From Nitrososphaerota archaeon (lineage in GTDB: Archaea; Thermoproteota; Nitrososphaeria_A; Caldarchaeales; Caldarchaeaceae), in the NCBI GenBank assembly GCA_041641305.1, contig JBEPYN010000002.1:384001-448000 (forward strand): a DNA stretch of 64,000 nucleotides, read 5' to 3'. Position numbers and translations under genes: made by a program. Below the pieces are notes generated by a model. The model saw nothing but the letters and a program-made list of their open reading frames with translations, had not been told where the DNA came from and ran no database searches. Positions 26,841 through 35,360 of the stretch are shown piece by piece (the stretch's first letter is position 1; each line of letters starts with the position of its first letter).

Positions 26841-27038
26841 TCACCTCCTTCCCCAGACAACCAGCTTCACGGTTTTCTCACCAGCTCCCGCCGCCAGCCT
26901 CTCGATGTATTCCTCCTTATGCCTCTTGCAGAGGCGATGCTTTCCACGGCTGAAGATGTCGACTACTGTGTATTCACCATCCTCTTCGCAGCGTTTCTCT
27001 CCTCCTCCATGATTGTAGAGCCACTGGCACCTCATCAC
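26841..27038 (-). CDS. Small putative Zn-binding protein; paralogue of 23218-23457
   Basis: MRCQWL...C...YTV...LCKRH...Y...LVV. Confidence 0.7.
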   Translation of the reverse strand: MMRCQWLYNHGGGEKRCEEDGEYTVVDIFSRGKHRLCKRHKEEYIERLAAGAGEKTVKLVVWGRR

Positions 27039-27079
27039 CCCACGCTTTCCACCTCGCGGATAAAACGATATACCAGCTA

Positions 27080-27616
27080 CTATGTGGAAAACCTCACCAC
27101 CAATCCGGCATCTTCTCCAGCGAGCTTGAACAATGTGTGGAGAAGCTCAGCTGAGGGCTTCTTGACCGTCACCACCATGAGGCCATCGTCCACGTAAACC
27201 CCTAACACGTTATCAAGCCCGCTCGCGACCACGGCCATCGCATGGGCCTTGGAAACGTCGCCATATGTTGCCGAGTTTTTCAAGACAACCCACCTCGCGT
27301 CAACATCTCTTAGAACGTTCTCCAGCAACGTGAAGTCGAGCGCCGACCATGCATTGTTTACGTCTATGACTACGTATCCACCGGTCTCGATAGATGCGTT
27401 GAACCCCGCCGCCCTAACCCTCTCCAGCACAGGGTTGCTGCCATGGGGAGCTAGCGAACCGCTTATTGTCAGGAGAGCTACCGCCAGCACTGTTGCTACT
27501 AGGAATGGTGAGAGCTTTGTTATCACTCCCCGTCGGCGACCAACCCTAGAGCCGCAGCTATAGCAGTAAGCGGCGTCATGCGGTAGCTCGGTACCGCATC
27601 TGCTACACTTCTTCAA
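27080..27616 (-). CDS. Zinc-ribbon membrane protein
   Basis: CSRCG...CYSCG, then one TM and an external domain. Confidence 0.7.
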   Translation of the reverse strand: MKKCSRCGTELPHDAAYCYSCGSRVGRRRGVITKLSPFLVATVLAVALLTISGSLAPHGSNPVLERVRAAGFNASIETGGYVVIDVNNAWSALDFTLLENVLRDVDARWVVLKNSATYGDVSKAHAMAVVASGLDNVLGVYVDDGLMVVTVKKPSAELLHTLFKLAGEDAGLVVRFST

Positions 27617-29732
27617 CTCCCTCCTCCACTCTCTTCCTTCTCATTCTTCCCCCCCTCATCCTTCTCGCGAATACTGCTCCGAAGCCTGCTGCAGCGACAA
27701 CCATGCCAGCGAGCAGGATGAGGTCCATCAAGGCTGGAACCTGTATGGGGCCGCTTGACTGCGGCTGTCCCGGCCTCTTGACTGCTATGGGAATGGTTGC
27801 GAGCACCGTGTCACCCATCCTCATGATGATGGACGCCGCCCCCTCTCTGGCCTCTGGATAGGCTGAGACCCTGAACTGCACCATGGTTTTGCAAAGCGGC
27901 GTGACGGATACCTGGACCGTCGACGGATTCGTGGAAACGTATCCCGGCATGCCAGTGACCCAGAGCTGTATCTCCACCTTGCCGGAGAACCCGTTCCTCG
28001 GCGTCAGCTCGACTCGGATGTCTCTGCTCGAGCCGGCGAAGACCTCCAGACCCTTGGGCGCCGACGCCTCCAGCCGAGACGGCGGATAGCTTTCCTCCAC
28101 CAGCCTGTATATCGAGCCCGAGGTGACTACCAGAGCCTCCCTGCTGCTGAGCCACGCCACGGCTCTAACCGCTTCCGGTACGGCGATGGGTAGCAGAGTC
28201 GCGTTGAAGCCGTCATATAGCACGAGCTCTCCGCCTGACGTGGCGAGCAGGGCATAGGCGCCTCGCGGGTTAATGGATGCTGCGGTGAACCTTGTCTTGC
28301 CGAATGATGTGCTCCGTATCTCGTCCTGCAGGAGGTAGGCTATCTGGCCTGAGTCGCCTACCGCTATGCCTCCGCAAGCCGTGTCAACAACGTTAACCAT
28401 TCTCCCACTCATCTTGGCCACCCTCGGCTCGTCGCCCAGCCGCACCGCAACCTTGTCACCTACAGCGAAGCCGCCTGAGACCGAGTAGAGGTCCGCCGAA
28501 GTCGCGGAAACGACCTTGACCTCACCGTTCTCCGACACATCGGCCACTCTCCCGCCTTTGCCAACAAGCGTCAGCCAGTAGCCGGGCCTCCTCGACGGCG
28601 CCATGTCGTAGAAGTCGGTTGCCCGAACATCTGCCGCTGCCGGCCTGAAACCTGTTCCGTCGAAGACCCATAGCTCGCGGCCGAGGACAGCTACTTTCCC
28701 CAGAGAAAAAGCCACGCTCCTTATGTTGTCGCCGAGCGAGTAGGATGTGAAAAACCCGCTCCGGTATATGAGGAAGGTGCCGTCCTCCGCTGCGATGTAG
28801 GCTGTGCCGCCGCCGTCGGTGACCGCATCCACGTATCTCAGCGACGGGGCGAATACACGTCTGACACCGTTCTCAGAAACGGCTGCGGCGTATCCCTTGT
28901 AGCCCACGGCCATGATTGATGAGCCTTGAAGCACTAAATCCGTTGGAGACTGGTCTAGGTTCACCAAGGTGGACAGCTTTCTGTCATAGATGTCGTAGAG
29001 AAGGATAGACTGGCCCTGTGCAAGCAGAAACCCTCTTGGATGCGGCTTCATGAACGCGAACGCGCCCTGCTGAACAAGATTCTCTCCATTCATCAGACCT
29101 CTCTCAGTCAAGGCCCAGACCTTTCCCGCGAACACGTATATCTGGCGGATAGCGGCTTTAAGGTCTGCTACCGTGGAAACCTCGCCGCTGGCGACATCAA
29201 TTGATAAGAGCTTGGAGCCCGAGGCCGCATAAACCCTGTCGCCAGCAGGTGCTATGGATGAAAGCTTCCAGCCAGTGTAAACAGTTCTCTCCACCACACC
29301 ACCAGCCCTGTATACAGTGACGCTCTGGTCGCCTAGGATGTAGAAGCGGTCGCCAGATAGGCGCACAGCCTTGTAGTCCATGGTCGCCGGCCTGTAGGTC
29401 ACGAAGCTCAGCGTCTCAGGGTCTATCTCCACCACCGTACCAGACCTGCCGACCGCGACGCAGAGCCTTCCACATGCCACGCTGAACAGGTCCGATGAGG
29501 CGACGGTCAAAGCATCCGCGCGGCCGCCTCCCCACACCACAACCGCGCCCGACTTACCCACAGCCACCACTTTCTGAGCGGCCACGTCGACAGCGTAGAG
29601 GTCAGCCGATATTGTTAGCCGCTCGAGCCTGAAGCTGTAGCCGATGTCCTGCCCCTGGACTGGGAGGATGAGGGGCTGAACAAGGATTACCGCTGCCAGC
29701 AAGGCTAATGGAGCCTTCCTCACTACTCCCAC
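27603..29732 (-). CDS. Cell-surface beta-propeller protein with C-terminal Ig-like domain and membrane anchor
   Basis: Signal peptide; repeated AVG.SG blades (VAVGKSGAVV, VAVGRSGTVV, IAVGDSGQIA); C-terminal TM plus basic tail. Confidence 0.75.
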   Translation of the reverse strand: MGVVRKAPLALLAAVILVQPLILPVQGQDIGYSFRLERLTISADLYAVDVAAQKVVAVGKSGAVVVWGGGRADALTVASSDLFSVACGRLCVAVGRSGTVVEIDPETLSFVTYRPATMDYKAVRLSGDRFYILGDQSVTVYRAGGVVERTVYTGWKLSSIAPAGDRVYAASGSKLLSIDVASGEVSTVADLKAAIRQIYVFAGKVWALTERGLMNGENLVQQGAFAFMKPHPRGFLLAQGQSILLYDIYDRKLSTLVNLDQSPTDLVLQGSSIMAVGYKGYAAAVSENGVRRVFAPSLRYVDAVTDGGGTAYIAAEDGTFLIYRSGFFTSYSLGDNIRSVAFSLGKVAVLGRELWVFDGTGFRPAAADVRATDFYDMAPSRRPGYWLTLVGKGGRVADVSENGEVKVVSATSADLYSVSGGFAVGDKVAVRLGDEPRVAKMSGRMVNVVDTACGGIAVGDSGQIAYLLQDEIRSTSFGKTRFTAASINPRGAYALLATSGGELVLYDGFNATLLPIAVPEAVRAVAWLSSREALVVTSGSIYRLVEESYPPSRLEASAPKGLEVFAGSSRDIRVELTPRNGFSGKVEIQLWVTGMPGYVSTNPSTVQVSVTPLCKTMVQFRVSAYPEAREGAASIIMRMGDTVLATIPIAVKRPGQPQSSGPIQVPALMDLILLAGMVVAAAGFGAVFARRMRGGRMRRKRVEEGVEEV

Positions 29733-32236
29733 CTCATCCTAGACAAAGCCTTTCTACGAATCCTCGGAACCACGAGCGCAATCACTGCTGCAACCGCGAC
29801 AGCGACCGCCGGCGTCGCAATGAGCTGTATGTCGGAGAGCGAGAGATGGGCGCCGCCGAAGCTGAACGCCACAGGGATAATGATAGTGGTTTCTTCATCG
29901 CTCTGCAGGTCTATCTGTCTCTGAACCTGCTTGGTGGAGTATGAGACATAGAGCGTGTACACGCCGGCGGGCACTCGGTCAAACGTCAGGGTCGAGCCCA
30001 CGAGCCGCGCCACAGGCCTGCCGCCGCGGATGAGGTCCACATCCGATGTGAGAGGCTGCCCCAGCTCGCCGACGACCTTGACAGTTAGCGTCGCCAGCCT
30101 CAGCCTAACCGTCTGCACCTTGCCCGGCGTGAGGCTGCCTTCTGCGACCGGGACACCTCTATAGGTCAGCTTGTAAGGTATCTGTTTGACCGGGGCCTGA
30201 GGCAGAGTAGCTCTCCCATCTCCCCCGGTTACGGCCGCGCCACCCGGCGTCTCAACCCCGACCTGCGCCACCGGCACACCGTTCTGGTCGAGGACATAGA
30301 CAACCGGCCTACCGGCCTGCACAGTCAAGCTATACAACGAGCCGTTCACGTCTACAGTGCCACTATAAACCTCCTCATCATCTAGGAGCACGGATAAGCG
30401 GTAGGAGCCATGGGGCAGGAGTCCGAAAGACGCAGAGCCGTTGACAACCTCTGCGGAAACAGTCTGGCCCCCAAGCTTCAGGGACGCGGTCGCCCTCGCA
30501 AGAGGCTCACCATCCAATGTCAACATGTTGACAGCGAACCTGCTCACCTTCGCAGTCAAAGTTACCTCAGGCCCATCCACACGTATCTCCCCCTTCAGGA
30601 CAACCGCGCCCATATACTCCGCCTCGAACACGTAGACGCCGGCTGTGGAGTTGCTTATCACGGCCTTGCCGTCGATGACTTGGAACAATTTCTTCCATGG
30701 GGCTGAGGGGGAGTGGACGAGAAGCTCCTTTACTGGAGCAGGCTCCCCATCAGCGGTCAACATCTTCACAATCAGGTCGAATACAGATAGCCTGACCTCG
30801 TGTCTGCCATGGTTTTCAGGTATGGTGTATGAGAAGCGCCCGACGACGGCTTCTTCGCCGAGTAGGGAGTTGTAGAACCTAACCTCAACCGAGTAGCTCC
30901 CCCTCGGAAGCCTCTGGAACGCAACCTCCTCACGTGATGATGCTGAAAGCTCCTCCGGAAACAGGGTTGCCGTAGCGTTGGCGGTGAGCTTCTTTCCGTA
31001 AAAGTCTCTGAAGACTAGGATGATGTCGCCGACGTCTGCCACTGCTTCCAAGCGCCCTCCAGGGTCGGGTCTGGCGAATGGCTCATCCACTTTCACCCGC
31101 CCGCTGTAGACTTCGACGTCTTTCCAGAAGGCTTTGACAGGGTACTCGCCCCACGGCACGTTGACGAAGACAGCCCGCGCCTCGCCACCGTCGGCAGGAG
31201 CCGACGCCGCCGCAGCCACTTTACCCAGCCTCACCATAGCCTCAAGCGGCCTACCGGCAAGGTCCCTGACAACCACATGAACCTCTGCCACATTGCACTT
31301 CACAGCCGGGTTGGCCGCGAGGTCAGCCAGTATCTGGAAACGTTGATGGACTAGGTAGGTCTCACCATCATATGGCGAGGTGTAGTAGGCCCTCACCAAG
31401 TAACCGCCTTCAGGCACCCTCTCCAACACCGCGTATCCCGTAGAGTTTGCTCTGAAGGTGTACTGGGCCCCTGTCAACTGGCTCTCAAGAACAAGCGTAA
31501 CATTGGGGACGCCGTGGAATCCCCAGTAATCGATTAACTGGACCGAGGCCGTCCTATATGGCTGTATCAACACGTAGTCGAGGTCCACTTGAACCGTTAG
31601 AGGGCCTATACGCCTGCCATCCGGGTAGGTGAATATCGTCCTGAACCTGAGCTCGGCCATAACCCTCCCGGTCGGCGAGTCCTGAGGAGGCGCGACAGTG
31701 ATGTTGAAGAGCTTCTCAACCCTTTCAAGCCTCTCGCCACGCGGTATATCAGCCTCCGCCACAGGCTTCCCGAAGCCGGCCACCCATATCTCCAGCCTCG
31801 TCACGTTGAAGACACCGTCTTCAAGGTTCTTCATCCTCAGCATCGCCCAGCCCCTGCCGCCGGCGTGGATGTCGCCGCGCCACTCAACTATGTCGGCTAC
31901 AACCCTCCAGAAACCCTCCGTGGCCCTGAAGAGGCATGTTGTGTAAACCATGCCCGGGGAGAAGACAACCTCATCCGACCTGAGCCTGTAGCCGCTGGCC
32001 GAGACATAGTAGCGGTATGCTCTGGGAGCGTCGCCGCGGAGCTCGGCGTAGCCGGTAGAGTTAGTGACAGTGCTGAAGCTGTAGCCCACCGTCTCTATCA
32101 CCACGCTGGCCCCGATAATGGGAAGGCCGTTTACACAATCTAACACGCGGATGTAGAACGTCTGCTGCTGCGCATACGCGAGAGGCAGAAGTGCGACAGA
32201 TATGATGAAGGGTATGAGAAGCTGCAGCCGCCTCAT
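29723..32236 (-). CDS. Cell-surface protein with tandem carboxypeptidase-regulatory-like (prealbumin-like) domains and C-terminal anchor
   Basis: Repeated V.D..G.P...A.V and LP.G.Y.V motifs; signal peptide; C-terminal TM plus RRK. Confidence 0.78.
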   Translation of the reverse strand: MRRLQLLIPFIISVALLPLAYAQQQTFYIRVLDCVNGLPIIGASVVIETVGYSFSTVTNSTGYAELRGDAPRAYRYYVSASGYRLRSDEVVFSPGMVYTTCLFRATEGFWRVVADIVEWRGDIHAGGRGWAMLRMKNLEDGVFNVTRLEIWVAGFGKPVAEADIPRGERLERVEKLFNITVAPPQDSPTGRVMAELRFRTIFTYPDGRRIGPLTVQVDLDYVLIQPYRTASVQLIDYWGFHGVPNVTLVLESQLTGAQYTFRANSTGYAVLERVPEGGYLVRAYYTSPYDGETYLVHQRFQILADLAANPAVKCNVAEVHVVVRDLAGRPLEAMVRLGKVAAAASAPADGGEARAVFVNVPWGEYPVKAFWKDVEVYSGRVKVDEPFARPDPGGRLEAVADVGDIILVFRDFYGKKLTANATATLFPEELSASSREEVAFQRLPRGSYSVEVRFYNSLLGEEAVVGRFSYTIPENHGRHEVRLSVFDLIVKMLTADGEPAPVKELLVHSPSAPWKKLFQVIDGKAVISNSTAGVYVFEAEYMGAVVLKGEIRVDGPEVTLTAKVSRFAVNMLTLDGEPLARATASLKLGGQTVSAEVVNGSASFGLLPHGSYRLSVLLDDEEVYSGTVDVNGSLYSLTVQAGRPVVYVLDQNGVPVAQVGVETPGGAAVTGGDGRATLPQAPVKQIPYKLTYRGVPVAEGSLTPGKVQTVRLRLATLTVKVVGELGQPLTSDVDLIRGGRPVARLVGSTLTFDRVPAGVYTLYVSYSTKQVQRQIDLQSDEETTIIIPVAFSFGGAHLSLSDIQLIATPAVAVAVAAVIALVVPRIRRKALSRMRWE
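30518..30533. repeat. Palindrome copy inside a CDS (TGTCAACATGTTGACA)
   Basis: Perfect 16-mer within codons for VNMLT. Confidence 0.85.
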
Positions 32237-32290
32237 CGGCGGCGTCTATGAGCCAAAGATGGATAAAAGAAGATAATGACCCGGGGCATT

Positions 32291-33640
32291 TTAGCCCGGG
32301 ATATGTATGTAGGGAACAGGCGCGGCTACGCCTACTCCTTCCTCTTGGTCATAATACACTCCGCCCACAAACGTCAACGGCTTCGGCTTAGTCAAGAGGT
32401 AGATGTCAAAAGACTCCACACCAAGGGTTACGCTATCCTTCAACAGGTTGACTAGCAGGCCGTAGTCCATCAGCTCATTAACCGCCGGCCTCATTACGAA
32501 CGAGTCGAAGCCATAGGCCTCCGCAAGCCAGAGAAGCGGCGCCAGTTCCGCGGGAGCAGGTTTTTCCTCAACGAGGACGTCTGCTCCCTGAGGAGTCTTC
32601 ATGTAGAGGAAAAGGCCCTCGCCATGTTTTGAGATAAAGTCCTCCAGTATCCAGAAGGAGTTGCCCATAATCCTTGCCAATTCCCCTCTCACATGCTCGT
32701 TCAGGGGTAGCTCGTATAAGAACGAGCCCGAGTCATCTCGGTAGACTACACGTGCCAGAGACCTTAGAAACTCGGCCGCAGCCCTCACCCCCTCCGGCTC
32801 CATCTTTAGGAAGTCGGGGTAAAAATGTGGCGTTCTCTCCTGCGGCCGGCGCGCCGCCGTAAGCCTACCATATCCCGGGTCATAGGGCGTGAGTTCGCCG
32901 AGTAGCTTACCTGGCTGCATAGGAACCAGCGAGTCGTTAAGAGCTGCTATGACCAGCCGTGTTCCGATTGGCAGGTATGGGCAGAGCATCTGAATCGGAA
33001 ACCCTGTCATCGTATAAATCGACGCGGCGTAGCCGTTGACGCGTGCGGCCAGCTCAAGATATTGCTCAGGCTCCAGACACGTGAGGTACCCCACCCTATC
33101 CATGTATGGGTACTCCTCGCTCTCAAGCAGCTCGTCGAGGCGGCTGTCCCTGAAAGTGGAGAGGCCGCTGGTCAGCTTCTCCTCCACCTCGGCATCCGCC
33201 AGCCTCACAAAGAACTTTACAGCCTCAAAATGGGTCTCGAGAGGCAGCTCAACATAGTGCTGCCCCTTATAGACGTAAACAAGAGGAGTGTAACAATGCC
33301 ACGAGCCTCGTTTTGTGTAGAGATGGACACCGGCCTCGGCAAATGCTTGAAAAAGCTTGTAGATATCCGACCCGCGTACCGGCAGCCAGCCTTTTCCAAA
33401 AACCACATCCTCCCCCGGCCCAATGAGGAGGAGCTCTGCCAGCCCCTTAGTCTCAAGCATTCCCAACAGCTTTACGAGCCTCTCCAGCGTCACCAGCTCC
33501 TCATGAAGCTGCGTATGAGAGACACGGCCGGAAGAGGCCAGCGTCCTCAGAGTTCTCAAACGCTCCGAATAAACACGGTTAAGAGACTCCACATTAGCTT
33601 CCCGAGGCATAGCAACACATGTGAACCCACAGCCACGCAA
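32291..33640 (-). CDS. Hypothetical protein; paralogue of 42039-43286
   Basis: Shared YL.LA..VNGYAAS.Y..TG.PIQML.P, LG..TPYD and GEGL.L motifs. Confidence 0.75.
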   Translation of the reverse strand: MRGCGFTCVAMPREANVESLNRVYSERLRTLRTLASSGRVSHTQLHEELVTLERLVKLLGMLETKGLAELLLIGPGEDVVFGKGWLPVRGSDIYKLFQAFAEAGVHLYTKRGSWHCYTPLVYVYKGQHYVELPLETHFEAVKFFVRLADAEVEEKLTSGLSTFRDSRLDELLESEEYPYMDRVGYLTCLEPEQYLELAARVNGYAASIYTMTGFPIQMLCPYLPIGTRLVIAALNDSLVPMQPGKLLGELTPYDPGYGRLTAARRPQERTPHFYPDFLKMEPEGVRAAAEFLRSLARVVYRDDSGSFLYELPLNEHVRGELARIMGNSFWILEDFISKHGEGLFLYMKTPQGADVLVEEKPAPAELAPLLWLAEAYGFDSFVMRPAVNELMDYGLLVNLLKDSVTLGVESFDIYLLTKPKPLTFVGGVYYDQEEGVGVAAPVPYIHIPG

Positions 33641-33660
33641 TTAATGTTTATCCCTTCGGG

Positions 33661-33678
33661 GCGTCAACCTGTTGACGC
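33661..33678. repeat. Palindrome copy (GCGTCAACCTGTTGACGC)
   Basis: Lies between a TATTTATAG box (minus strand) and the start of 32291-33640. Confidence 0.8.
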
Positions 33679-33931
33679 TATAAATAGCCATGGTAGATGG
33701 GCTGTTACTGAGCCATGTTTTAGCATATTTTCGGGATGGGTCAAGGAAGCGCCACCGTCATATTGAAGAACCTCTCCCCCTCCAGCTAAGACCCATGAAA
33801 TATATGCAAAGCCATCACAGCAACAATGAAAACCAGGAGACGGGTCATCAAGGTTGAACAGCGTCTTCAGGCATAAAAACAGATGAGGCCTACTCTATAC
33901 CTGTCTATGGTTTAAACCAATCGGAGCAGCC

Positions 33932-34204
33932 CTATAAACTGTTATCCACATGCCTACGAGAGCTGCGGGCCTTGAAGAAATACTGGAGGCAAGGGATAAG
34001 GCCGGCTTGGAGACGCGGCTCATGATGCCAGAACGAGACGATGTCGCTGTATATGCTACCCTCGACCGTTGGATGATGGATGTAGAAGCTAATCAGCCAG
34101 CTAGCGAAAGCCATAGCCAATACAAGCAAGTCATCTAAGCGCCTCACCACGAATTCAAACAACCCCTCTTGCCCATTTAAGAGAAAAATACGACAAACTG
34201 GCAT
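33932..34204 (-). pseudogene. Remnant of a GT87-like glycosyltransferase (N-terminal fragment)
   Basis: IHHP...IYSDIVSFW...AGLIP resembles LHSP...LYTDIMGFFW...AGRIP of 11574-12713; the frame terminates near where EYP is expected. Confidence 0.55.
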
Positions 34205-34213
34205 TGTTTTGTC

Positions 34214-34435
34214 ATGGTTTTGAGGGCGCTGGCAAAGGTCTTCGGCGGGCTATTCCTAATATTGGGTCTGGCTCTGGCTGGATACAATGTTTACTGGCTA
34301 GTCTCTAGAATGCCGGAGCCGGGCGGCGGGTTTCTGAGTGGCTTGGGAGCCGGGTTCGCGGTCTTCTTCATAGCCATAGGAACAGTCTTCGCCGCTATCA
34401 GTGTAGTGCTGATACGTCTTGGAATGAAGAGGTAA
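34214..34435 (+). CDS. Small two-TM membrane protein
   Basis: Two hydrophobic helices and a basic C-terminus. Confidence 0.6.
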   Translation: MVLRALAKVFGGLFLILGLALAGYNVYWLVSRMPEPGGGFLSGLGAGFAVFFIAIGTVFAAISVVLIRLGMKR

Positions 34436-34437
34436 CG

Positions 34438-34728
34438 TTACGCCTGTTTACTGAGGATGCACCAGCATATTCTTCTGATTTTTCTAGTTTGAGGCGTGTT
34501 GGCCGTTTTTGTGTCAGACTTTGGCGTCAATAACTTCTCGGCTTCTTCCAGCAATTTTCCATGTTCAAGCGCCTCCTTTAGCTGATGGACTATGGTCTTA
34601 TTGTTTGCCATTTTTCTAAACTGTGCAGCTAACTCTATCCCTCTTTCTCCAGACTTCTCCAACGCGTCGTAGATTTCTTTTACGGTTTTGTTGGTCGAAA
34701 TCGGTATCCCCTCGATGGTTATATCCAC
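34438..34728 (-). CDS. Hypothetical protein or gene fragment
   Basis: ORF track only. Confidence 0.35.
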   Translation of the reverse strand: MDITIEGIPISTNKTVKEIYDALEKSGERGIELAAQFRKMANNKTIVHQLKEALEHGKLLEEAEKLLTPKSDTKTANTPQTRKIRRICWCILSKQA

Positions 34729-34787
34729 AGCATGATTCTACTCTAACTCTGCCTGAAGCTTACCCCCTACTAGCCTCTACGATCGTG

Positions 34788-35036
34788 CTATCTACGGGCA
34801 ACCCTGTCCATGCTGAGCCTACCCATGGAGTATCCGATGTTTATCAACGACTCAAGTATTCTAGGCCATGTTCCATCAACCATCCGCCTCTTAAGCCTCC
34901 TAAAGGCTGTAGAGTAATGACCGTAACGTACAGACATATCCATCCAGCAGCAGCCTGTAACTGGGACGTATAGTATACCGTTCAAAACCATCCTATCATC
35001 GGCCCTAGGAGGCAGTAGAGGCATACTAAGCCCCAC
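34788..35036 (-). mobile_element. IS5-family transposase remnant (N-terminal DUF4096-like domain)
   Basis: PRADDRMVLNGILYV..TGC.W.DM..RYG.YSTAFRRL.R....G.W..I; truncated, no DDE core. Confidence 0.8.
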
Positions 35037-35087
35037 TCAGCATCGCGAAGCCTTTAAATAGTTTTGCGACGAGTTCACTGTTAGTGA

Positions 35088-35360
35088 ATGGGGTTGGTTA
35101 AGAGACATGAAGAGCAGACAGCCCAGATAATTAAATTACTCGGAAACGATACTAGGCAACCTGGCAAGAATTTAGCTAATAAATTAGGAGTGAATAGAAC
35201 CTTCCTAGCTAGCTATCTTAAAGCTCTAGAAAGCCAAGGTTATGTTAAATCGAAGAAAATAGGACTAGCTAATGTTTGCTTCAAAGGAGATGTAAGGAGG
35301 TGGTTAAATGGTTCAACTAATACCAAAAGAATTCCCTTCAGCGGAAAAACTGAGACTTGA
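35088..35360 (+). CDS. Winged-helix DNA-binding protein (possible R-M controller)
   Basis: LANKLGVNRTFLASYLKALESQGYVKSKKIG; TTTAAATA box at about 35053. Confidence 0.7.
   Translation: MGLVKRHEEQTAQIIKLLGNDTRQPGKNLANKLGVNRTFLASYLKALESQGYVKSKKIGLANVCFKGDVRRWLNGSTNTKRIPFSGKTET

Noticed and set aside
33062-33766. 234-aa plus-strand ORF, and similar antisense ORFs such as 7031-7831, 10332-10922 and 52643-53350
   Set aside because: Antisense to well-supported genes in GC-rich DNA, with no recognisable motifs.
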